A stretch of DNA of 34,198 nucleotides from Candidatus Parcubacteria bacterium (GTDB taxonomy: Bacteria; Patescibacteriota; Minisyncoccia; Phycocordibacterales; UBA5272), in the NCBI GenBank assembly GCA_039798825.1, contig JBDKFI010000002.1, forward strand, positions 1 through 34,198, in the 5' to 3' direction. Below are positions 23,094 to 31,677 of the stretch, one piece after another (position 1 is the stretch's first letter; every line of letters begins with the position of its first letter). The translations under genes and the position numbers were made by a program. Below the pieces are notes generated by a model. It was not told the origin of the DNA, ran no database searches, and worked only from the letters and a program-made list of their open reading frames with translations.

Positions 23094-24272
23094 ATGAAAG
23101 ACAAACTTGTAGAAAAACTCATCAAACAGGAAGATAAGCGTCAGCATTCAGTCATCAACCTCATAGCATCAGAGAATTACGTTTCCCAAGATGTGTTGGA
23201 TGCACTCGGATCAACGCTTACTAACAAGTATTCAGAAGGGTACCCAGGGAGGCGGTATTATGGTGGGAACACCATCATCGATCAGGTGGAAGATCTTGCT
23301 CGCACACGAGCGCTCGCCCTTTTTGATCTTACTCCAAAGAAGTGGCACGTGAATGTACAGCCGCTCTCTGGATCTCCTGCGAACTTGGCGGTGTACTCAG
23401 CACTTGTTCCGATCGGTGGAAAGATCATGGGACTCAAACTATCAAGCGGAGGTCACCTCACACACGGTCAGTCGGTATCGATGACAGGAAAGATATGGAA
23501 GCAAGTGCCCTATGAAGTTGACCCAACAACAGAGAGATTGAATTATAAAGAGGTGGAACGCATTGCGCTTGAAAACAAACCAGATATTATCGTTGCTGGT
23601 TTCACCGCATATCCGCGCACTATTGATTTCAAAAAATTTGCAGCCATTGCGAAAAAGGCAGGAGCGCTTCTTATGGTGGACATGTCACACACTGCAGGAC
23701 TTGTTGCAGGTGGTGCATATCCAAGTCCGTTTCCGTACGCAGATATCGTGACGACAACTGTTCACAAAACACTTCGTGGCCCACGAAGCGCAATGATTTT
23801 TGTTCGAAAAGATGCTCGCGAGATGGATAAGAAAATCGACAAAGCAATTATCCCTGGACTTCAAGGAGGTCCACACAATAATCAGATTGCTGCAGTTGCA
23901 GTTGCTCTTAAAGAGGCAGCTACGCCAGCGTTTAAAAAGTATGCACACCAAGTAGTGAAGAACGCTCAAGCGCTTGGGGATGCACTTCAGAAGCTCGGCT
24001 GGCGCGTTATCACCGGCGGTACGGACTCACATCTATTGTTGATTGACACCTGGGCAGATGGAAAAGGTGTTTCAGGAAAAGATGCAAGCGACAGACTTGA
24101 GAAAGCGGGGATCATTGTGAACATGAATACCATCCCACAAGACCCTCGTGGTGTGATGGATCCGTCTGGAATTCGTATCGGTACCGCAGCAGAAACAACT
24201 CGCGGAAAGAAAGAGAAAGATATGAAAAGTATTGCGCACAAGATAGACGCAGTTCTTCGCTCTAAGAAATAA
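23094..24272 (+). CDS. glyA: Serine hydroxymethyltransferase
   Basis: INLIASENYVSQDVLDALGSTLTNKYSEGYPGRRYYGG and TTTVHKTLRGPR (PLP Lys motif). Confidence 0.95.
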   Translation: MKDKLVEKLIKQEDKRQHSVINLIASENYVSQDVLDALGSTLTNKYSEGYPGRRYYGGNTIIDQVEDLARTRALALFDLTPKKWHVNVQPLSGSPANLAVYSALVPIGGKIMGLKLSSGGHLTHGQSVSMTGKIWKQVPYEVDPTTERLNYKEVERIALENKPDIIVAGFTAYPRTIDFKKFAAIAKKAGALLMVDMSHTAGLVAGGAYPSPFPYADIVTTTVHKTLRGPRSAMIFVRKDAREMDKKIDKAIIPGLQGGPHNNQIAAVAVALKEAATPAFKKYAHQVVKNAQALGDALQKLGWRVITGGTDSHLLLIDTWADGKGVSGKDASDRLEKAGIIVNMNTIPQDPRGVMDPSGIRIGTAAETTRGKKEKDMKSIAHKIDAVLRSKK

Positions 24273-24293
24273 CATAATAATACACACTCACAC

Positions 24294-25001
24294 ATGAAAG
24301 GAAAATTAATTGTTATTGACGGAATCGATGGATCAGGAAAAGCGACACAAGCAGCACTCCTTGCAAAGCGTCTCAAAAAAGAAGGGTATGCAGTAAAGAC
24401 AATAGACTTCCCACGGTACAAGGATAATTTCTTTGGCAAACTCATTGGAGAATGTCTCACGGGTACGTACGGCGACTTCGTTGGGTTACACGCACGCATC
24501 GCTTCGTGTTTGTATGCGGGGGACAGATTTGAATCAAGTAAACAGATACGAACGTGGATAGAGAAGGGGTATGTTGTTATCACCGATCGATACGTGAGTA
24601 GCAATCAAATCCATCAGGGTGGAAAGATAGAAAATTTGAAAGAACGGAAAGTATTTCTTTCATGGCTTGATCAGATGGAGTACAAGGTGTTTGGTATTCC
24701 GAAACCAGATCTCGTCATCTATCTGGACGTTCCATTTGAAGTAAGTGCGATGTGGCTTAAGAACAAAACTGCTCAGAACAAGAAGTCATATTTGAAGGGG
24801 GGTAAAGATACCGCCGAAGAAAGTATGAAATATTTACAAGACTCACGAGATAGTGCGCTCTTGCTTGCGCGTCAAAACAAGAACTGGACACGTATCGCGT
24901 GTTGTAAGGGTATGGTGTGTATGCCACCTGAACCTGTGGGTGAAGAAGTGTACAAAAGAGCACTCAAGCTTTTTGGAAAATATGCAAAAACTAAAGATTA
25001 A
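24294..25001 (+). CDS. tmk: Thymidylate kinase
   Basis: LIVIDGIDGSGKATQAALLAKRL (P-loop), the DRY motif (ITDRYVSS) and PDLVIYLDVP. Confidence 0.9.
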   Translation: MKGKLIVIDGIDGSGKATQAALLAKRLKKEGYAVKTIDFPRYKDNFFGKLIGECLTGTYGDFVGLHARIASCLYAGDRFESSKQIRTWIEKGYVVITDRYVSSNQIHQGGKIENLKERKVFLSWLDQMEYKVFGIPKPDLVIYLDVPFEVSAMWLKNKTAQNKKSYLKGGKDTAEESMKYLQDSRDSALLLARQNKNWTRIACCKGMVCMPPEPVGEEVYKRALKLFGKYAKTKD

Positions 25002-25404
25002 AAAACTTCATCAAGACGCGAAGCTTCCTGTTCGTGCACATTATGACGACGCAGGGCTCGATGTATTTTCGTATGAGCGCATGGTGATCCCTCCGCACAC
25101 CACGGTAAAAGTGCCTACAGGTATTGCATACGAAATACCAGACGGGTACTGTATTTTTACGTGGGACAAAAGCTCACTTGGTTCGAAAGGTTTAAAGACT
25201 GTCGGTGGTGTGTGTGATTCTGGGTATCGTGGAGAACTCTTTGTGCCGCTTCACAATCTACACGACGTGGAGTACGTGTTTGAAGCGGGGGACAAGATAG
25301 CGCAAATCGTCATTCAGCAAGTTTCATTGTGGGAAGTGGAGGAGGTTGAAACGTTGTCTGAAAGTATTAGAGGCGGTGGAGGTTTTGGAAGTACTGGGAA
25401 ATAG
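24982..25404 (+). CDS. dut: dUTP diphosphatase
   Basis: AHYDDAGLDVFS, GVCDSGYRGEL, a KIAQIV motif and the C-terminal RGGGGFGSTG. Start at MQKLKIKK overlaps the tmk end by 20 nt. Confidence 0.9.
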   Translation: MQKLKIKKLHQDAKLPVRAHYDDAGLDVFSYERMVIPPHTTVKVPTGIAYEIPDGYCIFTWDKSSLGSKGLKTVGGVCDSGYRGELFVPLHNLHDVEYVFEAGDKIAQIVIQQVSLWEVEEVETLSESIRGGGGFGSTGK

Positions 25405-25489
25405 ATTTTGCTCAGTGTCGACGAGCAGTATTTGTTGTGGTAGTGTATCGTCACAGGTTCTTTTCAGTAAACTTTGAGGAGATCTCATC

Positions 25490-26089
25490 ATGGGAAAGTA
25501 TGTTGTGGTGACGGGGTTTGCGCCCCTTGGCTTCAAGGTTGAGGCACTTGCCTCGACGGTGTCTCGTGCTACGGAGTATGAAGTGCTCTCCACTTCGTGT
25601 ATGAAGAGTACTATGGTTGGACAACGTGCACAGCAATTGCTTGCTCGCGAGGATCTGAGCAGGGAGGCTACGTATGACCTCACTCGAGCCAGTATGGATG
25701 AGCACTTCCACAAAGTGGTGCTCCCAGCTCACTCGTGCCAGGTGTGTTTCATCGACAACCTGGTGCCCGCGCTCCGCGCCGTCACGAGTACTCGTGACAT
25801 CTTCCTTCTGCACCAGGTGATGTGGGACATGAACTTTCAGGAGAATCGCGACCAGGTCAAGCGCCTGCGTCCAGATCTGTACATCGTGTCCATTCCTTCG
25901 CTTAAGGTGTTCGCAGATGAACATCGCTTGATCGACGCCGTCGCAAGACCTCTGTACAAGGACATGGTCACCTGGTACTCGCACTTCGAGTTTCGTGCGA
26001 AACATGTGCCAGTTGTGCGCGTGGATGCGGAGCGTACCGGTATGTACGGCCTCCTTCATGATCACCTGGTGGATGTCATCAGGTCCTGA
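25490..26089 (+). CDS. Hypothetical protein; possibly a P-loop-kinase-like fold with a degenerate Walker A; GC-rich gene
   Basis: GAGGAG lies 7 nt upstream of the ATG and a strong terminator follows. The N-terminus KYVVVTGFAPLGFK and RPDLYIVSIPSLKVFADE loosely parallel the tmk segments KLIVIDGIDGSGKA and KPDLVIYLDVPFEVS. The codon style (CTG/GTG/CGC) differs from the neighbours. The antisense ORF 25451..26065 is judged spurious. Confidence 0.6.
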   Translation: MGKYVVVTGFAPLGFKVEALASTVSRATEYEVLSTSCMKSTMVGQRAQQLLAREDLSREATYDLTRASMDEHFHKVVLPAHSCQVCFIDNLVPALRAVTSTRDIFLLHQVMWDMNFQENRDQVKRLRPDLYIVSIPSLKVFADEHRLIDAVARPLYKDMVTWYSHFEFRAKHVPVVRVDAERTGMYGLLHDHLVDVIRS

Positions 26090-26091
26090 CC

Positions 26092-26128
26092 AACGGCCCG
26101 ACGCTTCGCGTCGGGCCGTTCTTTTTAT
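26092..26128 (+). terminator. Intrinsic terminator
   Basis: AACGGCCCGACGcttcGCGTCGGGCCGTTctttttatt. Confidence 0.8.
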
Positions 26129-26144
26129 TCGCCCTTAAATAAGG

Positions 26145-26150
26145 TAGTAT
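26145..26150 (+). promoter_or_regulatory. -10 box TAGTAT, 6 nt upstream of the argS ATG
   Basis: aaggTAGTATagtgatATG. Confidence 0.5.
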
Positions 26151-26156
26151 AGTGAT

Positions 26157-27860
26157 ATGAATTCCTATGCGAGCATCTACAGCGCACTTGAAGAATTGTG
26201 CGAGACCTACAGTGTACAGGCGTCCTTTTCGCTTGATCAACCAGAAGATGGAGATAACGGTGACTACGCAACAAACGTTGCGTTTCTTGTCGGCAAAGTA
26301 ACAGGTGAGTCTCCTCGCATCGCCGCAGAGAAGCTCGTGGAAAAACTTTCACCAGTTGTAGATGAGCTCGTCGAAACAATTGAAGTCGCAGGACCTGGGT
26401 TCATTAATTTCTTTTTAAAGGACGATGTGCGAACCGATGAAGCTGAAACAGTTGCTATGACTGACATGGTAAACGTCGTCACACAAGGTGGTGTGATTGT
26501 TGAGTACACTGATCCGAATCCGTTTAAACTTTTCCACATTGGACACTTAGTGCCAAATGCAATTGGTGAGTCAATCGCCCGTATGTATGAAGCAAAAGGG
26601 TATCGTGTATCTCGTGTGTGCTACCAGGGAGACGTCGGGATGCATGTTGCGACCACACTCTGGGGTCTTTCACAGTTTGGCGAAGAACCACCCCACGAAC
26701 AAGCGACGCTTCGTGAAAAGGTTGCGTATCTTGGGCGCGCGTATGCGCATGGCACACAGGCGCTCACTGACAACGAAGCAGTCAAACAGGAGATAATTGC
26801 CATCAATAAAAAAATATTTGCACGAAGTGATGAAGCGATAAATAAAACGTATGATCTTGGAAAGAGGTGGAGTCTTGAATATTTCGAGACGCTCTACAAG
26901 AAGCTCGGTACTGCATTTGACCACTACGTTTTTGAAAGTGAGGTAGGGGATGACGGTGTGCGTATTGTGAAAGAAAACTTGGGCACCGTATTTGAAGAAT
27001 CAGACGGAGCAATTGTATTTAAAGGAGAGCGTGTAGGTCTTCATACACGAGTGTTTGTAAATTCACAAGGGCTTCCAACATATGAAGCAAAGGAGCTTGG
27101 CAACACCTACAAAAAAGAAAAGCTTGTCCCGCATGCAGAGCTCTCTGTTGTGGTTACCGCGCATGAGGTCGATGAATATTTTAAAGTTATGAAAGCGGTA
27201 CTTGCAGAGATCGACGCACCTCTTGGAGAAAGACTTCTTCACGTATCACACGGTATGCTTCGTTTGCCTGAAGGGAAGATGTCATCACGTACGGGAAACA
27301 TTGTACCCGCAGAAGAGCTCATAGACTTAGTGGAAGAGCGCATCAAAGATCGACTTGAAGACATGCAGGTGGAAGGTGAAGAGAAAGTACAATTAGTGAA
27401 CGATATCGCAGTTGGTGCGATCAAGTTTTCAATACTTAAAAGTGCGCCAGGTAAAGATATGATTTTTGACTTCGAGAAGTCTCTTTCGTTTGAAGGAGAT
27501 TCTGGTCCATACCTTCAGTATACTCACGCGCGCATTGCTGCTGTGCTTGCAAAAGCTCTACAAGCAAAGATTGGTATTGAAAGCTACAGTGTGGAGCGTT
27601 CGGAGCGAGAGCTTGAGCGATCAATCATTGAGTATGCGCAGGTGCTTGAAAAAGCATGCAAAGAGATGGGTCCACACCACCTTGTTCAGTATTTGCTCGT
27701 CCTTGCGCGTGCATTTAATAGTATGTATGCCCGTCAACAGATAGTGGATGAGTCAAATAAAGAAACAAGTGCATACTATGTCATGCTTGCAACTGCTACC
27801 AAAAACATTCTTGCGCACGGGCTCTCTACGCTCGGTATCAAGGCACCCGAGAAGATGTAA
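26157..27860 (+). CDS. argS: Arginine--tRNA ligase
   Basis: VEYTDPNPFKLFHIGHLVPNAIG (HIGH), a GKMSSRTGN motif (class I KMSKS equivalent) and the C-terminal DALR anticodon-binding region. Confidence 0.95.
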   Translation: MNSYASIYSALEELCETYSVQASFSLDQPEDGDNGDYATNVAFLVGKVTGESPRIAAEKLVEKLSPVVDELVETIEVAGPGFINFFLKDDVRTDEAETVAMTDMVNVVTQGGVIVEYTDPNPFKLFHIGHLVPNAIGESIARMYEAKGYRVSRVCYQGDVGMHVATTLWGLSQFGEEPPHEQATLREKVAYLGRAYAHGTQALTDNEAVKQEIIAINKKIFARSDEAINKTYDLGKRWSLEYFETLYKKLGTAFDHYVFESEVGDDGVRIVKENLGTVFEESDGAIVFKGERVGLHTRVFVNSQGLPTYEAKELGNTYKKEKLVPHAELSVVVTAHEVDEYFKVMKAVLAEIDAPLGERLLHVSHGMLRLPEGKMSSRTGNIVPAEELIDLVEERIKDRLEDMQVEGEEKVQLVNDIAVGAIKFSILKSAPGKDMIFDFEKSLSFEGDSGPYLQYTHARIAAVLAKALQAKIGIESYSVERSERELERSIIEYAQVLEKACKEMGPHHLVQYLLVLARAFNSMYARQQIVDESNKETSAYYVMLATATKNILAHGLSTLGIKAPEKM

Positions 27861-27940
27861 TGTTTGCTTGTATCATCGTCAGCAAACAGTATCTCGTATA
27901 GCTTGAGTGAAATGAGCTGGACTATTCGAATAGTTCGTTA

Positions 27941-27946
27941 TAGTAT
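27941..27946 (+). promoter_or_regulatory. -10 box TAGTAT for the ileS leader transcript
   Basis: cgttaTAGTATagaac, about 260 nt upstream of the ileS ATG. Confidence 0.45.
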
Positions 27947-27952
27947 AGAACT

Positions 27953-28204
27953 ATAAGCGACGAAGGGAGTAATCACCCCTGAGCTTTGGGAAGAAATGTT
28001 TGTCTGAAGACCTCTAACACCTTCGGTCGGGCACGTAGAACCCTCACACATAAGCCCATTTCCAGTTTTGAATACTAGAATTTTCTAAAAACAAAACTGG
28101 GGATGGGGAAACAAGGTGGTACCACGGGAATCAATTGAAACTCGTCCTTGGAAAACAATTTATACAAATTGTTTCTCGAGGACGAGTTTTATTTTTATCA
28201 CCTT
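27953..28204 (+). promoter_or_regulatory. T-box riboswitch leader of ileS, with terminator/antiterminator
   Basis: The conserved T-box core AAGGTGGTACCACGGG lies at 28113-28128, with a UGGU to pair the tRNA NCCA end. The Stem I base is GCGACGAAGGGAGTAAT (GA/K-turn plus AGUA-like). A long terminator hairpin pairs 28138-28147 (AAACTCGTCC) with 28180-28189 (GGACGAGTTT), followed by TTTTATTTTT. Confidence 0.8.
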
Positions 28205-31200
28205 ATGAACGACAACACACAGAACAAACCAGCAACCGTGAGCGACAAGGAGCTCGAAACGCTCGCTTTTTGGCAGGAGCACAAGATTTTCGAGAAGTCT
28301 GTTGAAACACCGGCAGGCGAAACCCCAAAGGGTCAGTTTTCGTTTTATGACGGACCTCCATTTGCTACAGGACTTCCTCATCATGGCACTCTCATGGCAG
28401 GAACAGTGAAAGATGTGATACCTCGATATCAGACGATGAAAGGAAACAGTGTTCGTCGTGTCTGGGGATGGGATTGCCACGGTCTTCCAATTGAGAATTT
28501 GATCGAAAAGAAGCTCGGTCTTCAGTCTAAAAAAGACATTGAAGAGTTTGGTATCGACAAGTTCAACAAGGATGCATTTGAAAGTGTGCTCCAATACGAA
28601 GAAGAGTGGAAGAAAGTCATTCCTCGACTAGGTCGTTTTGTCGATATGGATCATCCGTACAAAACGATGGACGCGACCTATACTGAAAGTATTTGGTGGG
28701 CATGGAAGACACTTTATGAAAAAGGCCTTGCGTATGAGGGAAACAAAATGATGCACATCTGTCCGAGATGCGAGACACCGCTTGCCCAGTCTGAGGTAGG
28801 ACTTGAATATCACGACGTGACAGACCTTTCTGTGACTGCGAAGTTTGAATTGGTTGATGAACCGGGGACCTATGTGCTTGCATGGACCACTACACCTTGG
28901 ACGTTACCTGGAAACGTAGCGCTCGCCGTTCATAAAGACATCGACTATGTAAAAGTAAAAAGTTCTTTTGAAGGGAAAGATGCTTATTTTATTTTGGCGA
29001 AGAAGAAAGTAGAGGAGTATTGTAAGGAGAGTGGCTCATATACTGTTATTGAGGAATTTACTGGTGAGAAGTTGATCGGCAAAACATATAGACCAATTTT
29101 CCCATACTTTATCGACAAAGAAATCGAGCACAAAGAAAACATTTGGAAGATTTGGCATGCAGACTTCATTACCGATGTTGACGGTACTGGTATTGCTCAC
29201 GAAGCGCCAGCTTTCGGTGCAGAAGACATGGAGCTTGCAAAGGCGAACAACATTCCTGTGATCAAACACGTGAAGATGGACGGTACCTTCACTGATGATG
29301 TGACTGATTTCGCGGGTATGAAAGTAAAAGTGAAGGACGATACACAGTCAGCAGACATTGAGATCATCAAATATCTTGCGCACGCTGGTTCGCTTTTCGA
29401 AAAGCATAAAATCGTTCACTCATACCCACTCTGCTGGCGATGCAAGACGCCACTTCTTAATTATGCGACAAGTAGTTGGTTTGTGGATGTGCCAAAGATG
29501 AAAGAAAAACTTCTTTCTGAAAACCAGGGTGTTGGATGGACACCGGAGCATATTCGCGATGGTAGGTTTGGTAAGTGGCTGGAAGGTGCGCGTGAGTGGG
29601 CGGTGTCTCGTTCTCGCTATTGGGGAGCACCGCTTCCTGTGTGGAAATCTGAGGCTGGTGAAGTGAAGATTATAGGCTCCCTTAAGGAGCTTGCAGAGCT
29701 TTCAACACGTAAACCAAAGAACACGTATTTCGCGATACGACACGGTGAAGCACAAAGTAACGTCGATCGTGTCATCGATAGTTTAGGTGATCCAGATAAT
29801 CACTTAACGGAAACTGGAAAAGAGCAGGCGCGTCACGCTGGACATTTCGCGAAAGAGCAGGGGATAGATGTGGTTATCTACTCACCTCTTCTTCGTACAG
29901 AAGAAACAGCACAGATTATTCACGAAATTTCTGGAGCTCATTTAAAGATGGATGATCGTCTTCGGGAAATGCATGCAGGAACCTTTTCTGGAAAAAGTTT
30001 GGACGAGTTCCATAAGTTTCAGCGTAGCGGTACGCTTCGTCTCGACGACGCAATTGCAGGCGGTGAATCTCATCGCGATGTGATGCATCGAATGATGAGC
30101 GCACTTCATGCATGTGAACAAGAATATGATGGAAAGAAGATTCTCTTCGTGACACACGGATCTCCGCTTTGGATGCTTGAGTCTGCTGCACACTTAAGAA
30201 CAGATGAGGAAATCTACGGGGATATCATGATGCATGAAGATACCTCTCCGGCGCACGCTCACATTGTTCCAGTTCATCCGCTTCTTGTGCCACGCGACGA
30301 GACAGGAGCTGTTAATCTTCATCGTCCATATATCGATGAAGTAGAACTTGAGGTTGATGGTACGCGATTTACCAGAATCGGGGACGTGTTTGATTGTTGG
30401 TTTGAGTCTGGGTCAATGCCGTTTGCTTCTCTTCACTATCCGTTTGAAAATAAAGAAACATTCGATAAGAATTATCCAGCCGACTTTATCGCAGAAGGTA
30501 TGGATCAAACGAGAGGATGGTTCTACTCGCTTATCAACTTAGGTGTTGGGTTATTTGATCGCACACCATATAAACATGTAATCTGCACGGGGCTCATCAA
30601 TGGAGCGGATGGTCAGAAAATATCCAAGAGCCTTGGCAATTACACAGACCCACTCCTTTTGGTTGATAAGTTTGGTGCTGACGCGTTTCGGTACTATCTC
30701 ATGTCAAGCACGGTGATCAAAGGGGAAAGTATTTCGTTTAAAGATACTGAGCTTGAAGATGTGTACAAAAAGCTCATCATGCGTCTCGATAACGTACTAT
30801 CACTGTACGCAATGAATAAAAAAGATGGGGTACAGCGAAGTGCGACATCAGACGATGTGCTTGATACATGGATCATTAACCGTGTGCACGAAGTTGTGCG
30901 TGCTGCAACGGATGGGTATGAAACGTACAAACTTGATGAAGCAACTCGTCCAACAGATCAATTCGTCGATGATCTTTCGGTGTGGTACGTTAGGCGTGCA
31001 CGTTCACGACTGAAAGGGGATGAGGGAGATGAGGTCCAGGCGCGTACCTACGCCACACTTTCATACGTGTTGTGGGTACTTGCTCGCACACTTGCACCAG
31101 TAATGCCATTTATTGCAGAGCGTATCTACAGGATGGTTGACGGTGAGAAAGAGTCAGTTCATTTGGAACGTTGGCCTGTGGCACCAGAAGTAGATAGTGA

Positions 31201-31666
31201 GTCACTCGTGGTAATGGCGCGCATACGAGAAGTAGTGACCGAAGCATTATCCCTTAGAACACAAGCGAAAATCGCCGTTCGTCAACCGCTCCAGAAGCTC
31301 ACCCTTAAAGACGAGATTCCTACGTTGTACCACCAGATTCTTCTCGACGAATTAAACGTCAAAGAGCTCGCATTCGACGCATCACTTGCGTCGCCATGTG
31401 TGCTTGATACCACGATGACACCGTCTCTTCAAGAAGAGGGAGATGTGCGTAACCTTATGCGCGCAGTTCAAGACGCGCGAAAAGAACAAGGGCTCACACC
31501 GAAAGATGTAATTACACTCAGTACTTCCTATGAAGTACCAGAACAGTTCCGTACCGATCTCATGAATACGTGCAAAATTTCTTCTATCACACAAGGAGAG
31601 GGGGAGTATATGGTTGAAATATCAACCGGTCAGATATCGTTTGATATACAACGTGCTGGTGTCTAA
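28205..31666 (+). CDS. ileS: Isoleucine--tRNA ligase (type 2-like) with an internal histidine-phosphatase domain insertion
   Basis: PPFATGLPHHGT (HIGH), editing-domain motifs TTPWTLPGN and GTGIAHEAPAFG, and GQKISKSLGNY (KMSKS). An inserted segment at 29705-30316 carries RHGE...SPLLRTEETA...LREMHAG...FVTHGSP. Start moved to MNDNTQNK because the ORF-track start lies inside the T-box terminator. Confidence 0.95.
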   Translation: MNDNTQNKPATVSDKELETLAFWQEHKIFEKSVETPAGETPKGQFSFYDGPPFATGLPHHGTLMAGTVKDVIPRYQTMKGNSVRRVWGWDCHGLPIENLIEKKLGLQSKKDIEEFGIDKFNKDAFESVLQYEEEWKKVIPRLGRFVDMDHPYKTMDATYTESIWWAWKTLYEKGLAYEGNKMMHICPRCETPLAQSEVGLEYHDVTDLSVTAKFELVDEPGTYVLAWTTTPWTLPGNVALAVHKDIDYVKVKSSFEGKDAYFILAKKKVEEYCKESGSYTVIEEFTGEKLIGKTYRPIFPYFIDKEIEHKENIWKIWHADFITDVDGTGIAHEAPAFGAEDMELAKANNIPVIKHVKMDGTFTDDVTDFAGMKVKVKDDTQSADIEIIKYLAHAGSLFEKHKIVHSYPLCWRCKTPLLNYATSSWFVDVPKMKEKLLSENQGVGWTPEHIRDGRFGKWLEGAREWAVSRSRYWGAPLPVWKSEAGEVKIIGSLKELAELSTRKPKNTYFAIRHGEAQSNVDRVIDSLGDPDNHLTETGKEQARHAGHFAKEQGIDVVIYSPLLRTEETAQIIHEISGAHLKMDDRLREMHAGTFSGKSLDEFHKFQRSGTLRLDDAIAGGESHRDVMHRMMSALHACEQEYDGKKILFVTHGSPLWMLESAAHLRTDEEIYGDIMMHEDTSPAHAHIVPVHPLLVPRDETGAVNLHRPYIDEVELEVDGTRFTRIGDVFDCWFESGSMPFASLHYPFENKETFDKNYPADFIAEGMDQTRGWFYSLINLGVGLFDRTPYKHVICTGLINGADGQKISKSLGNYTDPLLLVDKFGADAFRYYLMSSTVIKGESISFKDTELEDVYKKLIMRLDNVLSLYAMNKKDGVQRSATSDDVLDTWIINRVHEVVRAATDGYETYKLDEATRPTDQFVDDLSVWYVRRARSRLKGDEGDEVQARTYATLSYVLWVLARTLAPVMPFIAERIYRMVDGEKESVHLERWPVAPEVDSESLVVMARIREVVTEALSLRTQAKIAVRQPLQKLTLKDEIPTLYHQILLDELNVKELAFDASLASPCVLDTTMTPSLQEEGDVRNLMRAVQDARKEQGLTPKDVITLSTSYEVPEQFRTDLMNTCKISSITQGEGEYMVEISTGQISFDIQRAGV

Positions 31667-31677
31667 CCTCTGCCCCA

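Noticed and set aside
25451-26065. Minus-strand 204-aa ORF (and 25324..25713) opposite the GC-rich gene
   Set aside because: It is a His/Arg-rich, low-complexity translation of the kind GC-rich antisense frames produce. It has no SD or promoter, and the terminator orientation fits the + strand ORF, which has a GAGGAG SD.
28148-28204. ORF-track start of ileS at 28148
   Set aside because: These codons translate the T-box terminator hairpin and its T-run. The conserved IleRS N-terminus begins after the Met at 28205.
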